64,000 nucleotides of DNA from Thermoplasmata archaeon (GCA_049285595.1 JBAQAF010000039.1:6373-70372), one strand, 5' to 3'; shown: positions 19,040 through 28,440, counted from the stretch's first letter. The notes: generated from the sequence alone by a model not told the origin. Numbers and translations: made by a program.

Positions 19040-19873
19040 GTGGCTCAAGGTCTCCCTCCGAGCGCGGGAGCGCCGCCCGCCGGAGCCAGGCCACGCTCTC
19101 CCGGACTCGGTCGTCGACGGATCCTCGCGATCGCCGTGGCGACCGTCCTCGTCCTCGTCGCCCTCCTGGGGGCCCTTGTTTATTGGGGGAGTGGTTCCGC
19201 GGCCCTCGCTCCGACGTTCGTCGAGGCGCGCGATGCCGTCAATCGTACGGTCGCGGGAGTGGCCGGGGGAGGATGGACGCTCCTGAGCGCGTTCGGCTTG
19301 GATGAGCGAGCGGGGTCGACGATCCTCGTCACTACGATCGCCACCAGCTCGGCGGCGACCTGCACGCCGGGGGCGGTCGCGGGGTATGCGCTCCCTAGGT
19401 CGTTCACCGTGGGGGCATACTCCGGAAGCTTTGGCTCCGGTCGGGCCCCGTTCTGGCTGTTCCTCTTCCGCCAGACGGCGGACGGGCCGTTCATGATCGC
19501 GACCGACTCGGAGGGCTCCACCACTCCGGAGGCCTATCTCAACGGCTCGGCCTGCGCTACGGCGCTCGAGAAGGTCGCGCCGATGCCGGATCCGATCGTC
19601 AACAGTCCGGCCGTCGCCTCGGCCTCCTGGTCCGGGACCGCGGACGCGAGCGGCTTCGTCGCCGGGGACCCGGCGATCGACTCGCTCATTCTTCTTGCCA
19701 CAGGATCGCTGACCGTCGACAGCGTCACGTTCACGGGGTGGGGATTTGAATACGCTCCGTGCGACCCGTTCCTCGAGGACAGCACGGTGAGCGAAACCAA
19801 CTACCTCGCCGGATTTACGGCGGCCGGAACCTTCGAGGCGGCGTTCAGCTCGCACACGGATTGCCCGTCGTAG
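19040..19873 (+). CDS. Hypothetical membrane-anchored extracytoplasmic protein
   Basis: 277 aa. An N-terminal TM ('ILAIAVATVLVLVALLGALVYW') is followed by a Cys-containing Ser/Thr/Ala-rich domain. No motif was recognised, and the start is GTG. Confidence 0.45.
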   Translation: MAQGLPPSAGAPPAGARPRSPGLGRRRILAIAVATVLVLVALLGALVYWGSGSAALAPTFVEARDAVNRTVAGVAGGGWTLLSAFGLDERAGSTILVTTIATSSAATCTPGAVAGYALPRSFTVGAYSGSFGSGRAPFWLFLFRQTADGPFMIATDSEGSTTPEAYLNGSACATALEKVAPMPDPIVNSPAVASASWSGTADASGFVAGDPAIDSLILLATGSLTVDSVTFTGWGFEYAPCDPFLEDSTVSETNYLAGFTAAGTFEAAFSSHTDCPS

Positions 19874-19912
19874 CGAGGGCGAACGGCCCCTCGTGCGGCG
19901 GGGTCGAACGCC

Positions 19913-20977
19913 TTAGGGTCGGATCCGCTCGAGCGACAGGAATCGGACCTCGGCCCCCGGCGCGACGCCCGCGATCAGGAACTCCTTGCGGACCCCCTGC
20001 GCGACGCGGACCCCACCGGCGACCCCCGGCCACGTGGCGATGTGGTCGGTCGGCACCGCCTGCACGAGGTATCGCGCATGCGAATGCTCGGGGTTGCGAG
20101 GGTAGGCGCGGAAATGGGCGCCGTACTTGAACCCCGTCTTCACGACGAGGCGGCGGGCGCGCAGATCACGATAGGCGGCGAGTCGTTCCGCGAACTGAGG
20201 GTCGAGCCGGCGGGCTCGGCGTTCCAACCGGTCGAGCGGCACGGGCCGTCCCGACGTGGCGTCCTTCACCGAGAGCTGGCCGTCCCCGGCCAGGTACGCG
20301 GCCTCGATCAGGCTTAGCTCCAGTCGGCCCCCAATGCGGCTCCCGTAGGCGAGCTCCTTGCCGAGCTTCTCGACCGCGTCGGCGTCGTGCACCGTCACCC
20401 GGTCCTCGGAGAGCCACGCCTCGGCGGGCGAGGAGAGCGAGCGGGGAGCGAGCGCCCCGTTCGGCGCGGGCCGGCGGACCCGGTAGTACGTCAGGTCCGA
20501 CTCTTCGTCGACGACCGCGAGCCAGAGAAGTCGGCGGGCCCCTTGGGCCCGCTCCGCGAGCGCAAAGATACGGGCCAAGTCGAACGGCTCGCGCTCGCTG
20601 AGCGCCTCGACCCAGAACCGGGAAGGGGTCTTGTTCGGGATCCCCCCGCGCGGCAGCACGGCGAAGGCGACGGGCGGGGGGCTCGCGCGGACGACGTACC
20701 CGCGCTGGCGCAGATCACGATACACGAGGTAGCGAACGGCGAACCCCGGGTCCGCCTTCACCGCGCGGCGGAACAGGCCGGGCCAGACGAGACCGCCTCC
20801 CCGCGGCACGGGCAGGTCGATCCGGCCCATCTCCGCGAGGTACACGGATTCGAACCGGTCGAGTCGCAGACTGCCGTCGGAACCGACCGTCCCGAAGAAC
20901 CCTTTCGCATAGACCGCGTTCGCCTCCGCCTGGTCCGAGATCCGGACCGTGGCGTCCGGGCCGATCTCGCCCGTCAA
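19913..20977 (-). CDS. endA: tRNA-splicing endonuclease, two-repeat (alpha-prime-2 homodimer-like) form
   Basis: 354 aa. The C-terminal repeat carries 'YRDLRARRLVVKTGFKYGAHFRAY...HSHARYLV'. The N-terminal repeat is degenerate ('YLVYRDLRQRGYVVRAS'). The TTG start overlaps the pyrE stop. Confidence 0.85.
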   Translation of the reverse strand: MTGEIGPDATVRISDQAEANAVYAKGFFGTVGSDGSLRLDRFESVYLAEMGRIDLPVPRGGGLVWPGLFRRAVKADPGFAVRYLVYRDLRQRGYVVRASPPPVAFAVLPRGGIPNKTPSRFWVEALSEREPFDLARIFALAERAQGARRLLWLAVVDEESDLTYYRVRRPAPNGALAPRSLSSPAEAWLSEDRVTVHDADAVEKLGKELAYGSRIGGRLELSLIEAAYLAGDGQLSVKDATSGRPVPLDRLERRARRLDPQFAERLAAYRDLRARRLVVKTGFKYGAHFRAYPRNPEHSHARYLVQAVPTDHIATWPGVAGGVRVAQGVRKEFLIAGVAPGAEVRFLSLERIRP

Positions 20978-21528
20978 GGGGCGCGGCCCCGGAGCTCCGA
21001 GAATCGGACGAGCGGCTCGAGCCGGACCCCGATCTCCGCGAGCTTCGTGGTCGCTCCGGCGTCCCGGTCGACGACGACGATCGCCCGCTCGACTCGGGCC
21101 CCGGCGGCCCGGACGATCTCGACCGAACGCACGGTCGAGCCCCCGGTCGTGGTGACGTCCTCGACGAGGAGCACGCGGCTCCCCGCCGGAAGCTCCCCCT
21201 CGAACGGCTGGCGGGTGCCGTGCTCCTTCGCCGCCTTGCGCAAGACCACGAAGGGCCGACCCGTCCGAAGCGCGAGCGCGACGACGAGCGGCACCGCGCC
21301 GAGCTCCATGCCCGCGAGGCGTTCCTCGGTCCCTGCCTTTGTGGCCAACGCGGCCGCGAGCCGGTCGAGCCGACCCGGGTCGGTCCAGGCACGCTTCACA
21401 TCGACGTAGACATCGCTCTTCTCGCCCGAGGCGAGCGTGAAGTCGCCGAAGCGGACCGCGCCGGAGTCGAGGAGCAGGCGAACGAGGTCGGCGGTCGACG
21501 GAGTACCGTTCGGAGGTAAGGAGGTCAC
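20974..21528 (-). CDS. pyrE: Orotate phosphoribosyltransferase
   Basis: The GTG at 21528 (GTGA overlap with carS) gives 184 aa. 'VRFGDFTLASGEKSDVYVD' and the PRPP motif 'VLLVEDVTTTGGS' are present. The upstream part of track ORF 20974..22287 is R/P-rich junk overlapping carS. Confidence 0.85.
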   Translation of the reverse strand: MTSLPPNGTPSTADLVRLLLDSGAVRFGDFTLASGEKSDVYVDVKRAWTDPGRLDRLAAALATKAGTEERLAGMELGAVPLVVALALRTGRPFVVLRKAAKEHGTRQPFEGELPAGSRVLLVEDVTTTGGSTVRSVEIVRAAGARVERAIVVVDRDAGATTKLAEIGVRLEPLVRFSELRGRAP

Positions 21529-22103
21529 CAGGGCACCTTCTTCAGGCCGGCCCAGTAGCCGACCCAATTGAACGCCGCGTGCAGCCCGAGCGTGTACGCG
21601 AGCAACCATATGACCGCTTCCCAACGGAGAAAGACGGAGTCGAACAGCCCGGGGAAGAGGAGCAGCCCGAGGGCGATCGGAAGGAGCACGAACGGCATCT
21701 GGTCGAGCAGGAACGTCCGGCTCCCGCTGTCCCGGCCGAAGCGTCGCTTGATGAACGACCCGACGGCGTCGCCAGTCATCGCGCCGAAGGTGAGGAGCGC
21801 GACGACCGGGACGGCGGCGAGGACCGAGACGGCGAGCTTCGGGACGAGCGCGAGGTTCGGGGGCGCGAGGAGGATCAGCCACGCTTCGAGCAGCCCGACC
21901 GGCATCGCGAGCAGCGACCCGGTGAGGAACCCGGACCACGTCTTCGAGGGGCCGAGAATGCGCCGACCGTCCCGTTTCCAGATTCGGCCGAGGTCCAGGG
22001 CCGCTCCCCATCCACGGGGGAGCGTGGCGAGCGCGTTCGCGACGTACGTCGGAAGCAGCACCCAGAGGACGGCGAGGCCCGAGGCGAGGAACGGGTCGAG
22101 CAC
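21525..22103 (-). CDS. carS: CDP-archaeol synthase
   Basis: The GTG at 22103 gives a 192-aa polytopic membrane protein. 'GPSKTWSG', 'GDAVGSFIKRRFG' and 'LLDQMPF' are typical of CarS (DUF46). The start is moderately certain. Confidence 0.8.
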   Translation of the reverse strand: MLDPFLASGLAVLWVLLPTYVANALATLPRGWGAALDLGRIWKRDGRRILGPSKTWSGFLTGSLLAMPVGLLEAWLILLAPPNLALVPKLAVSVLAAVPVVALLTFGAMTGDAVGSFIKRRFGRDSGSRTFLLDQMPFVLLPIALGLLLFPGLFDSVFLRWEAVIWLLAYTLGLHAAFNWVGYWAGLKKVPW

Positions 22104-22117
22104 GCGCGCCGGCTCCG

Positions 22118-23740
22118 CTACGGCTCCCGAACGAACCGCTCCAGCGCGGCGATGACCCCGGCGAGCTTCTTCGGATCGACGCTCTCCTCGGCGTCGTGGA
22201 TGTGGGCCGCGTCGTCCATGCTTCCGAAGACGACCGCGGGAAGCGGAGCCCCCGAAGGGGTCGTGAGCCCTCGGAGCGCACTCGCATCCGTGCCGCCGTA
22301 CTCTCCGCGGATCCCGTGGGCCCCGAGCGTGTCGCGGAGGATCCGGTCGAGCTTCATCGCGGCCGGATGATCGACCGGGAGCGCGTAGCCGGGTCGGCAC
22401 CGGGCGGGCGGGGCCTCGATGCGGGCGGAGAGGGAGTGGGCCGACGACCACTGGTTCACGTAGCCGAGCGCCTGCCGGAGTCCGTCCTCGAGCTCCATCT
22501 CCGGCGGGAGTCGGAGGTCCACTGTGAACATCGCAGAGCCGGTCGAGCGAGGGTCGATGAGCGATCCCTCCGCAGCGACTCGCAGCAGGGCGAGCGCGGC
22601 CGGCACCGGGTTGTGTCCGCGGTGCGGGTACCCTCCGTGGGCGGCCTCCCCGATCAGTTGGAGCGCGAGCGCCCCCTTCGGGATCGACAGGGCGGTCGCC
22701 CCGGCCGGTTCGAGCCGGAACGGGGAAGAAAGATGCGGCGTGAGGCGCGCGGTGAGCCCGGAGAGACCGTCCGCCGGGCCCTCGAATACGAGCGTTACCA
22801 CTCGCGCGATCTGGTTGGCGGCATCGGTCTCCGCGTGCGCGGCGACGAGACGCAGCTTCTCGCCAGGGGCGACGCCCCCGACGTCGAACTTCGTCACCGA
22901 GGCGCGGCCGGTGATCACCGGATCCGGCGCGCCGCGGTCGGGCCAATCCGGCGAGGCGAACGCCGACTTCCAGGCGCGGGCCATCGTGTGGAGAGCGACC
23001 AGGGCCTCCCCATAGGCGAGCGCCTCGGACAGGGGCACGCGGCCCCCGAACGACGCTTCCAGGAACGCGACGCCGCTCGAGCCGGCGGTCGTTTCGGGGC
23101 TGCCGTCGGGGATGAGCGCTACGTCCGCGACCAGGAACCGACCCGGGTCGCCGGGCGGAAGCGTCGCATCGTAGGCGCGCAGCGATTCGATCCCTCCTTC
23201 GCCGCCCGTCTCCTCATCGCAGCAGACGAGCAACCGCACGTTCGCGGGGAGATCCTGCGCGTCGGTGAGATGGGCCAGCGCGATCAGGGAGGCGACGACA
23301 CCACTTCCGAGGTCGTCGTTGGAGCCCCGGCCGTAGAGACGGCCGTCGCTGCGAAGCGTGAGGGTGTGAGGGGAGCTCTTCCAGCGAGAGCGCTGCTCCG
23401 TGGGCACGGGCACGACATCGTAGTGGGCCAGGATGAGGACCGTTGAGCGCGCTCCGGCATCGAGGTCCACGATCACGTTCGGTCGGGGGATCCCGCGGAA
23501 CTCCTCCGGATGCGGACCGTGGATCAGCGGGTCGAAGATCCGGGTCGCGAGACCGAACGACCGGGCGGCCCGCACGATCGCGTCCGCCGCCCGGGGGTAG
23601 TTCGGCTTCTCGAACCGATCGCCGGGGATGTCCTCGAGGTTCGTCGGGGCGATCGAGACGAGCTCCTGGAGGAGCGGCAACGCCCGCGGGTCGCCCAGCG
23701 CCGCCGGCACCTCTCCGCCCGATCGATCCGACGCCGGCAT
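22118..23740 (-). CDS. M20-family metallopeptidase / deacylase (ArgE/DapE-like)
   Basis: 540 aa with 'ILAHYDVVPVP', 'GRGSNDDLGSGV' and 'CCDEETGGEGG', the metal-ligand blocks of family M20. Confidence 0.8.
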   Translation of the reverse strand: MPASDRSGGEVPAALGDPRALPLLQELVSIAPTNLEDIPGDRFEKPNYPRAADAIVRAARSFGLATRIFDPLIHGPHPEEFRGIPRPNVIVDLDAGARSTVLILAHYDVVPVPTEQRSRWKSSPHTLTLRSDGRLYGRGSNDDLGSGVVASLIALAHLTDAQDLPANVRLLVCCDEETGGEGGIESLRAYDATLPPGDPGRFLVADVALIPDGSPETTAGSSGVAFLEASFGGRVPLSEALAYGEALVALHTMARAWKSAFASPDWPDRGAPDPVITGRASVTKFDVGGVAPGEKLRLVAAHAETDAANQIARVVTLVFEGPADGLSGLTARLTPHLSSPFRLEPAGATALSIPKGALALQLIGEAAHGGYPHRGHNPVPAALALLRVAAEGSLIDPRSTGSAMFTVDLRLPPEMELEDGLRQALGYVNQWSSAHSLSARIEAPPARCRPGYALPVDHPAAMKLDRILRDTLGAHGIRGEYGGTDASALRGLTTPSGAPLPAVVFGSMDDAAHIHDAEESVDPKKLAGVIAALERFVREP

Positions 23741-23748
23741 CGATCGCC

Positions 23749-25566
23749 CTATCGTAGGACCAGCGCAACGAGCAGCGAGCTCGTGAGGAGGAGGAGGAAC
23801 GTCGTTACGAACATGTGGGTGAACATACCGAGGGTGTCCCCGAGGGAGGTCAAAAGGCGTGCGGTGTAGCCGGGGCCGAGGACCCTCATGTTGGGGAGTT
23901 CCTTCGACCCGAACCGCGCCTCGCTCGGAGCGAGGTCGGCGACCGCCGCGTCGAGCACCGCCCGAGCGTCCCGTACCAGCGAGGCGAGGGGGTACCGCTC
24001 TCCGACCGGATTGATGCCCCCGTCCGCTTCGTGGACGACGTGGTTGTCGGTCGTCAGCACCTCCCCCGCGTCGACGGCGTGACCCAGCTCCTCGACGATC
24101 GGCGCCCGCTCGCCGAGGATGAGGTTGTTGCCATCGATCAGGACGTACCCCGCGGTCGCTCCGGCCGCGCGAACCGCGAGCGCCCGCATCCCGTGAGGGC
24201 CGATCCCGTCGCGCCCGATCGAATAGCCGTCCCGAACGGCGACCCCGATCTCGAACGGGCCATCGCGGGCGGCGGCCATCGCCGCGGCGACCGCCGCCTT
24301 CGTGTCCACCATCAGCTTCTCCGCTGCGGGCCCACCGTAGGCGATGTCCCCCTCCCCCTCGACGTACGAGTTGTGCGCGTCGACCAGGACGACACGGGGA
24401 CCGCCGTCGCGGGCGATCTCCCGGACGATCCGGTCGGCGACCGAGAACGCGATGTCGTCACTGGGGGCCGGCGCCTGGCTGACCACGACCAGGGCGACGC
24501 CGCCGAGGATCTGGGCGCGCGCGAAACTGCCGGGGTACGGGCTCACCAGCGGGCTCGCACGGGAGGGGACGGGGATCGCAAGGCCGCCGAGCAGTTCTCG
24601 GCAGGCAGCGCCGATCCGCTCGACCTCGGCCTCCGACGGCAGGTCGAGGTCGTGATCCGAGGGGGTGTGCGGGACGAACACGGTCCCCGCGTCCGGGCCG
24701 AGGATCCCGCCGAGCTTTCGCGGAAGATCGCTCGCACCGAGCGCGCCGAACGGCCCGGGGTGGACGGTCGGGAGCGCGATCGTTGCATGGGTACGGCCGG
24801 CGCGGTCGAAGGCGAGGAGGTCGACCCGCACATCGGCGGCGACCGTCGTCCGCAGGAAGAACGCCTCGAGCGTCCGCGTCGCCTCCGGGTCCCGGAGACC
24901 CACGTGGTCGAGCAGCGGACGGATCAGCGAGACCCCCGAGCTGTGGAACTCGCGGCGGATCGGGCGGTCGGAGGCGCTCAGGACCGCGAAGGCGCAGACG
25001 AACGCGAGGACGAAGAACGCGGCGGTGGCGACGAGCACCCTCAGGGTCGGCGGCGTCAGGAAGAAGTCCCCGAGGAGGAAGAGGATCGGCTGCAGCAGCG
25101 ATGCCGGGAGCATCCGCGCGTGGCTGGAGCGGGAAACGCCGTACAGGCTCAGATGCCGGAACCAGAGGGCGGGGGCCGCCAGGAACGGGATCAGAAAGAC
25201 GACCGGCGGCACGGACGCCGGCCAGAGGATCTCGGCCCCCCGCCAGGCGGCCGCGAGCGGGAGCTCGACCAGCAGGACGAGAGCGCTCAGCAGGATCGCC
25301 CGGTAGAACTCGAGACGACCCCCGAGCACCGCGGCGAGGGGGGAGGTGACGAACCCGGCGAGGAGCGCCGGGCCCGCGAAGACGAACAGGAACTCCTCCG
25401 CGAAGCGGAACGACGGGGGCGGTGCGAACATCGCGGCCGCCGCGACCCCGGCCAGCACGATCAACCCGACCGCTACGAGGGGTGGGGGCGAGCGGAACAG
25501 TACGTGACCTCGCGCGACCTCGCGCGGGGCGTCGACCGCGGGCGCGGGCGGGTCACTTTCGGGCAC
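23749..25566 (-). CDS. Polytopic membrane protein with a C-terminal soluble domain (DUF2070-like, assigned from memory)
   Basis: About 7 N-terminal TM segments, a soluble region of about 330 aa and a final C-terminal TM. The start is uncertain: GTG 25566, GTG 25536, or the track start 25674, which would overlap GGGPS by 122 nt. Confidence 0.55.
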   Translation of the reverse strand: MPESDPPAPAVDAPREVARGHVLFRSPPPLVAVGLIVLAGVAAAAMFAPPPSFRFAEEFLFVFAGPALLAGFVTSPLAAVLGGRLEFYRAILLSALVLLVELPLAAAWRGAEILWPASVPPVVFLIPFLAAPALWFRHLSLYGVSRSSHARMLPASLLQPILFLLGDFFLTPPTLRVLVATAAFFVLAFVCAFAVLSASDRPIRREFHSSGVSLIRPLLDHVGLRDPEATRTLEAFFLRTTVAADVRVDLLAFDRAGRTHATIALPTVHPGPFGALGASDLPRKLGGILGPDAGTVFVPHTPSDHDLDLPSEAEVERIGAACRELLGGLAIPVPSRASPLVSPYPGSFARAQILGGVALVVVSQAPAPSDDIAFSVADRIVREIARDGGPRVVLVDAHNSYVEGEGDIAYGGPAAEKLMVDTKAAVAAAMAAARDGPFEIGVAVRDGYSIGRDGIGPHGMRALAVRAAGATAGYVLIDGNNLILGERAPIVEELGHAVDAGEVLTTDNHVVHEADGGINPVGERYPLASLVRDARAVLDAAVADLAPSEARFGSKELPNMRVLGPGYTARLLTSLGDTLGMFTHMFVTTFLLLLTSSLLVALVLR

Positions 25567-26311
25567 GCCGCACCTCCTCCAGCACCGAACGGTAACCGCC
25601 GGCGATCCCCTCCTCCTCGGTGACGCTCCCCGTGACGAGGACGTTCGCTCCGGCCTCGAGGAGCGGAGCGGCATCGCGCCCGGAGCGGATCCCGCCGCCG
25701 ACGATCACGGGTATCCCGACCGTCTCCCGGACGGCGCGCACCATCGCCGCGGGGACCGGGGTCGGCGCGCCCGAACCGGCCTCGAGGTAGACGAACCGCA
25801 TGCCCAGGAACTCGGCCGCTAGCGCGTACCCGGCGACCGTCGCCGGCTCGTCCCGAGGGATGACATCCGCCTCGCCGACCTCGCCGACGCGCATTCCCGG
25901 AGCCACGACGAGGTACGCGAGCGGGATCGGTTCCAGCCCCATCTTCTGGACCGCGAGCGCCGAGCGAGACTGCGCCCGGATGACGAGGTCGAGGTTGCGC
26001 GAGTTGAGGAGGCTCATGAACAGTACCGCATCCGCCTCGGGGGCGAGCGACGCCGGACCTTCGGGGAAGATCACGACGGGGACGGAGACCGCGGCCTTCA
26101 CAGCCGACGCCGCCCGTCCCATTCCCCCGGGGGAGATCCCGGTCGAGCCGCCGAGCAGGATCGCGTGGGTGCCGTGGGCGACCGCGGCCTTCGCCGTCGT
26201 CGCGGCCGCCTCGCCGGGGGACTTCTCGGGGTCGATGAGAGTGAAGTGGATCGGCCCGCCGCGCAGCTGCTCGGTGAGGTACCGTTCGACCCGTCCGGGA
26301 CCGGTCGTCAT
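25553..26311 (-). CDS. Geranylgeranylglyceryl phosphate synthase (PcrB/GGGPS family)
   Basis: 252 aa with 'IHFTLIDPEKS', 'VYLEAGSGA' and 'IVGGGIRS'. Confidence 0.85.
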   Translation of the reverse strand: MTTGPGRVERYLTEQLRGGPIHFTLIDPEKSPGEAAATTAKAAVAHGTHAILLGGSTGISPGGMGRAASAVKAAVSVPVVIFPEGPASLAPEADAVLFMSLLNSRNLDLVIRAQSRSALAVQKMGLEPIPLAYLVVAPGMRVGEVGEADVIPRDEPATVAGYALAAEFLGMRFVYLEAGSGAPTPVPAAMVRAVRETVGIPVIVGGGIRSGRDAAPLLEAGANVLVTGSVTEEEGIAGGYRSVLEEVRRARK

Positions 26312-27183
26312 CGGAACGCCACCGCCAGGAACGCGAGGAGCGCGACCGTCATCGCTGCCTTGCTCGTCGTCTGCTCGAAATGCAGCCGTTCGGGCAGGTG
26401 CAGGATGGAGAGCACGAACGTCGCGTCCGCTGCAGCGACCAAGAGTAGGTAGATAATCCCCGCGTCGGAGCGCGGAGCCACGAACCAGAACAGCGGAACG
26501 ATGCTCAACGCGATCGCGACGACCACGGCCACCCGGGCCGCCGCGGTAGCCGCGGCAGGCCCGTGGCTCTTCGGGAACGTCTGCCGGCCCACATCGCCCT
26601 CCACATCCTCCATATCCTTGATCAGCTCGCGGCTCAGGGTCGCGAGGAACGCCATCGCCGCGAACGGAAGGAGGATCAGAGCGTTCCCCGCCGCCGCCCC
26701 TCCGTACAGGAAGACGAGCCCGGTCAGGAGGGCGACGACGGCGTTCCCGGCCAATCCGCGGGACTTGAGCCGAAACTCATACGCCAGCAGCGTACCCACG
26801 GCGACGGCCAGGATCACGCCGACCAACGGCTCGGCCACCACGACCGGCACGGCCACGAGGGCCCCCAGGACGAAAAGACCGGTCGCGAGCCGTTGCGCGG
26901 TACGGCGGCTGACGGCGCCGGTGACCAAGGGGCGATCGGGATGGTTCGTGCGGTCCCCCTCGATATCGAGCAGATCGTTGAGGACGTTGCCCCCGCCGGT
27001 CACGAGCGCGGTGGAGAGCCCCGCGAGGGCAGCGAACTCCCAGAAGAGGAGGGGGGCCACGACCCCCGAGGCCCGAGCCACGAGGGCGCCGACGACGGTG
27101 CCGACGAAAGATACCCCGAGATTGCCCCCGCGCACCAGCCGGAGCGCCGGAATCACGGGCGGCGATGGCCGCGCGCTCTCCAT
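26308..27183 (-). CDS. Digeranylgeranylglyceryl phosphate synthase (UbiA prenyltransferase)
   Basis: The ATG at 27183 gives 291 aa. UbiA motif 'NVLNDLLDIEGDRTNHPDRPL' is present and the protein is polytopic. The stop overlaps the GGGPS start (ATGA). Confidence 0.85.
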   Translation of the reverse strand: MESARPSPPVIPALRLVRGGNLGVSFVGTVVGALVARASGVVAPLLFWEFAALAGLSTALVTGGGNVLNDLLDIEGDRTNHPDRPLVTGAVSRRTAQRLATGLFVLGALVAVPVVVAEPLVGVILAVAVGTLLAYEFRLKSRGLAGNAVVALLTGLVFLYGGAAAGNALILLPFAAMAFLATLSRELIKDMEDVEGDVGRQTFPKSHGPAAATAAARVAVVVAIALSIVPLFWFVAPRSDAGIIYLLLVAAADATFVLSILHLPERLHFEQTTSKAAMTVALLAFLAVAFR

Positions 27184-27207
27184 AACGGTTGTGTCGGAGG
27201 TTCCCCA

Positions 27208-27218
27208 GTTATTTTTTC
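27208..27218 (-). promoter_or_regulatory. Candidate TATA box for the DGGGPS-to-endA operon
   Basis: The minus strand reads GAAAAAATAAC, centred about 30 nt upstream of ATG 27183. It is the only AT-rich patch in this intergenic region. Confidence 0.4.
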
Positions 27219-27363
27219 GGGAGCGCGACGCCGGGGCCCGAAGGCGGTCGGATCGGGGTCGAACCGCGGTGAACGGCTTCGAACCGACTTCATGGGCTGT
27301 CCGTGAACTCAGAACGAGAGGGGAGGAAGGACTGGCCAGGCTTCGCGGGAGCGACTCGAGCAC

Positions 27364-28440
27364 TTACATTTGGGGCGCGGCCGCGTGGCACCGAGTGCAA
27401 CTGCTCGACCAGGGGGCGTTCGTGAGACCACACTGTACACACTTCCAAGACCGGGCGCGAGGTCCGGCTGCGGGCGTGGGGGTATCCCCGTCCTTCACCC
27501 CACGAGGCAGCACGACGGCACTGGGTGGCGAGGCGGGGGCTGCCGCACGAGGAGCCATCGCGGGGGTCTGGGCGGGGCGCGCCGCGGGGGCGACGTACGG
27601 CGTGAGCGGGCGGGCGGGCGATTTGTGAGCGGGCGCCGGGGGGGCCGGCAGTGGAGGCTGGGGCCGTGCAGGAGCCGCTCGGTTCGAAGTCGCTCCGGCC
27701 GGGGAGCCGCTGCGTCCGGACAACGCCTCAGAAATGTTGCCGTACCGGGGAGGGGCGGTCGGTGGCCCGGAACGGGGACCGGCCGAGGGAGAGGTCAACG
27801 CAGCGCCGGCCGCCGGCGCACCCGGGGCCGGATAGTTCCTCCGAGGCGGAGGGAGCGGCGCGTAGGCGTCCGAGGAGAGCGGGCCGACGTCGGTCTCCGG
27901 TACCCGCCAACTTCCGGAAGTGGCCCCGCTCGGTGAACTTCGGGCCGGAGCCGCGGTCGCCGGAGCCGCGCGAGGGGCCGGACGAGAGCTCCACTGCGCG
28001 AGCTCTCGGAACCGGGGCGGGCGGTAGACGATGGCCAGGATCCCCCCGGCCACTCCCGCGGCGATCCCCACGTAGTATCCGCCGTAGGCGACGACGCTCG
28101 CGGCAGAGCAGGCAAGAATGAGCGCGCCGATGAGGGTATGCTCGCGGGGTCGGAAGAGCAGGACGAACGCGAGGAGCGTCAGGATTCCGCCGGCGACGAA
28201 CCCGACGATCGCCGCGAGGAGGAAATACTTCGGATCGAACCCCCAGAAAGAGAAGTCGGGGCAGACCGTGTTTCTGGGCGGAGGATTACAGTGCAGGTAG
28301 ACGCCGAGCGCGTCCGAGAACCAGTAGCCCGAATAGCCGATGATCGCCGCCGCGGCTACGATGGTCGCTGCTACCGCCGCGATCGGCTGCCGCGGCCGGC
28401 GAGGCGTCCTCGGTGGAACCTCGTCGTCGTCGCCCGACAT
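27364..28440 (-). CDS. Membrane protein with a Pro/Ala-rich linker and C-terminal RanBP2-type zinc finger
   Basis: 358 aa. It has about 4 TM segments at the N-terminus and about 190 aa of P/A/S-rich low complexity. The C-terminal 'WKCVQCGLTNAPWSSSCTRC' matches W-x-C-x2-C-x3-N-x6-C-x2-C exactly. Confidence 0.6.
   Translation of the reverse strand: MSGDDDEVPPRTPRRPRQPIAAVAATIVAAAAIIGYSGYWFSDALGVYLHCNPPPRNTVCPDFSFWGFDPKYFLLAAIVGFVAGGILTLLAFVLLFRPREHTLIGALILACSAASVVAYGGYYVGIAAGVAGGILAIVYRPPRFRELAQWSSRPAPRAAPATAAPARSSPSGATSGSWRVPETDVGPLSSDAYAPLPPPRRNYPAPGAPAAGAALTSPSAGPRSGPPTAPPRYGNISEALSGRSGSPAGATSNRAAPARPQPPLPAPPAPAHKSPARPLTPYVAPAARPAQTPAMAPRAAAPASPPSAVVLPRGVKDGDTPTPAAGPRARSWKCVQCGLTNAPWSSSCTRCHAAAPQM

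Noticed and set aside
20846-20856. T-arm-like 'ggattcgaacc' (20846-20856), and 'ggggtcgaaccgcgg' near 27253-27267, as possible additional tRNA genes.
   Set aside because: No acceptor, D or anticodon stems can be drawn around them. The first lies inside the endA reading frame, where it encodes DRFESVY.
27400-27950. The Pro/Ala-rich stretch as a DNA tandem repeat or hypervariable minisatellite.
   Set aside because: I could not find a repeating nucleotide unit. It is compositional low complexity inside one continuous reading frame, not a tandem array.
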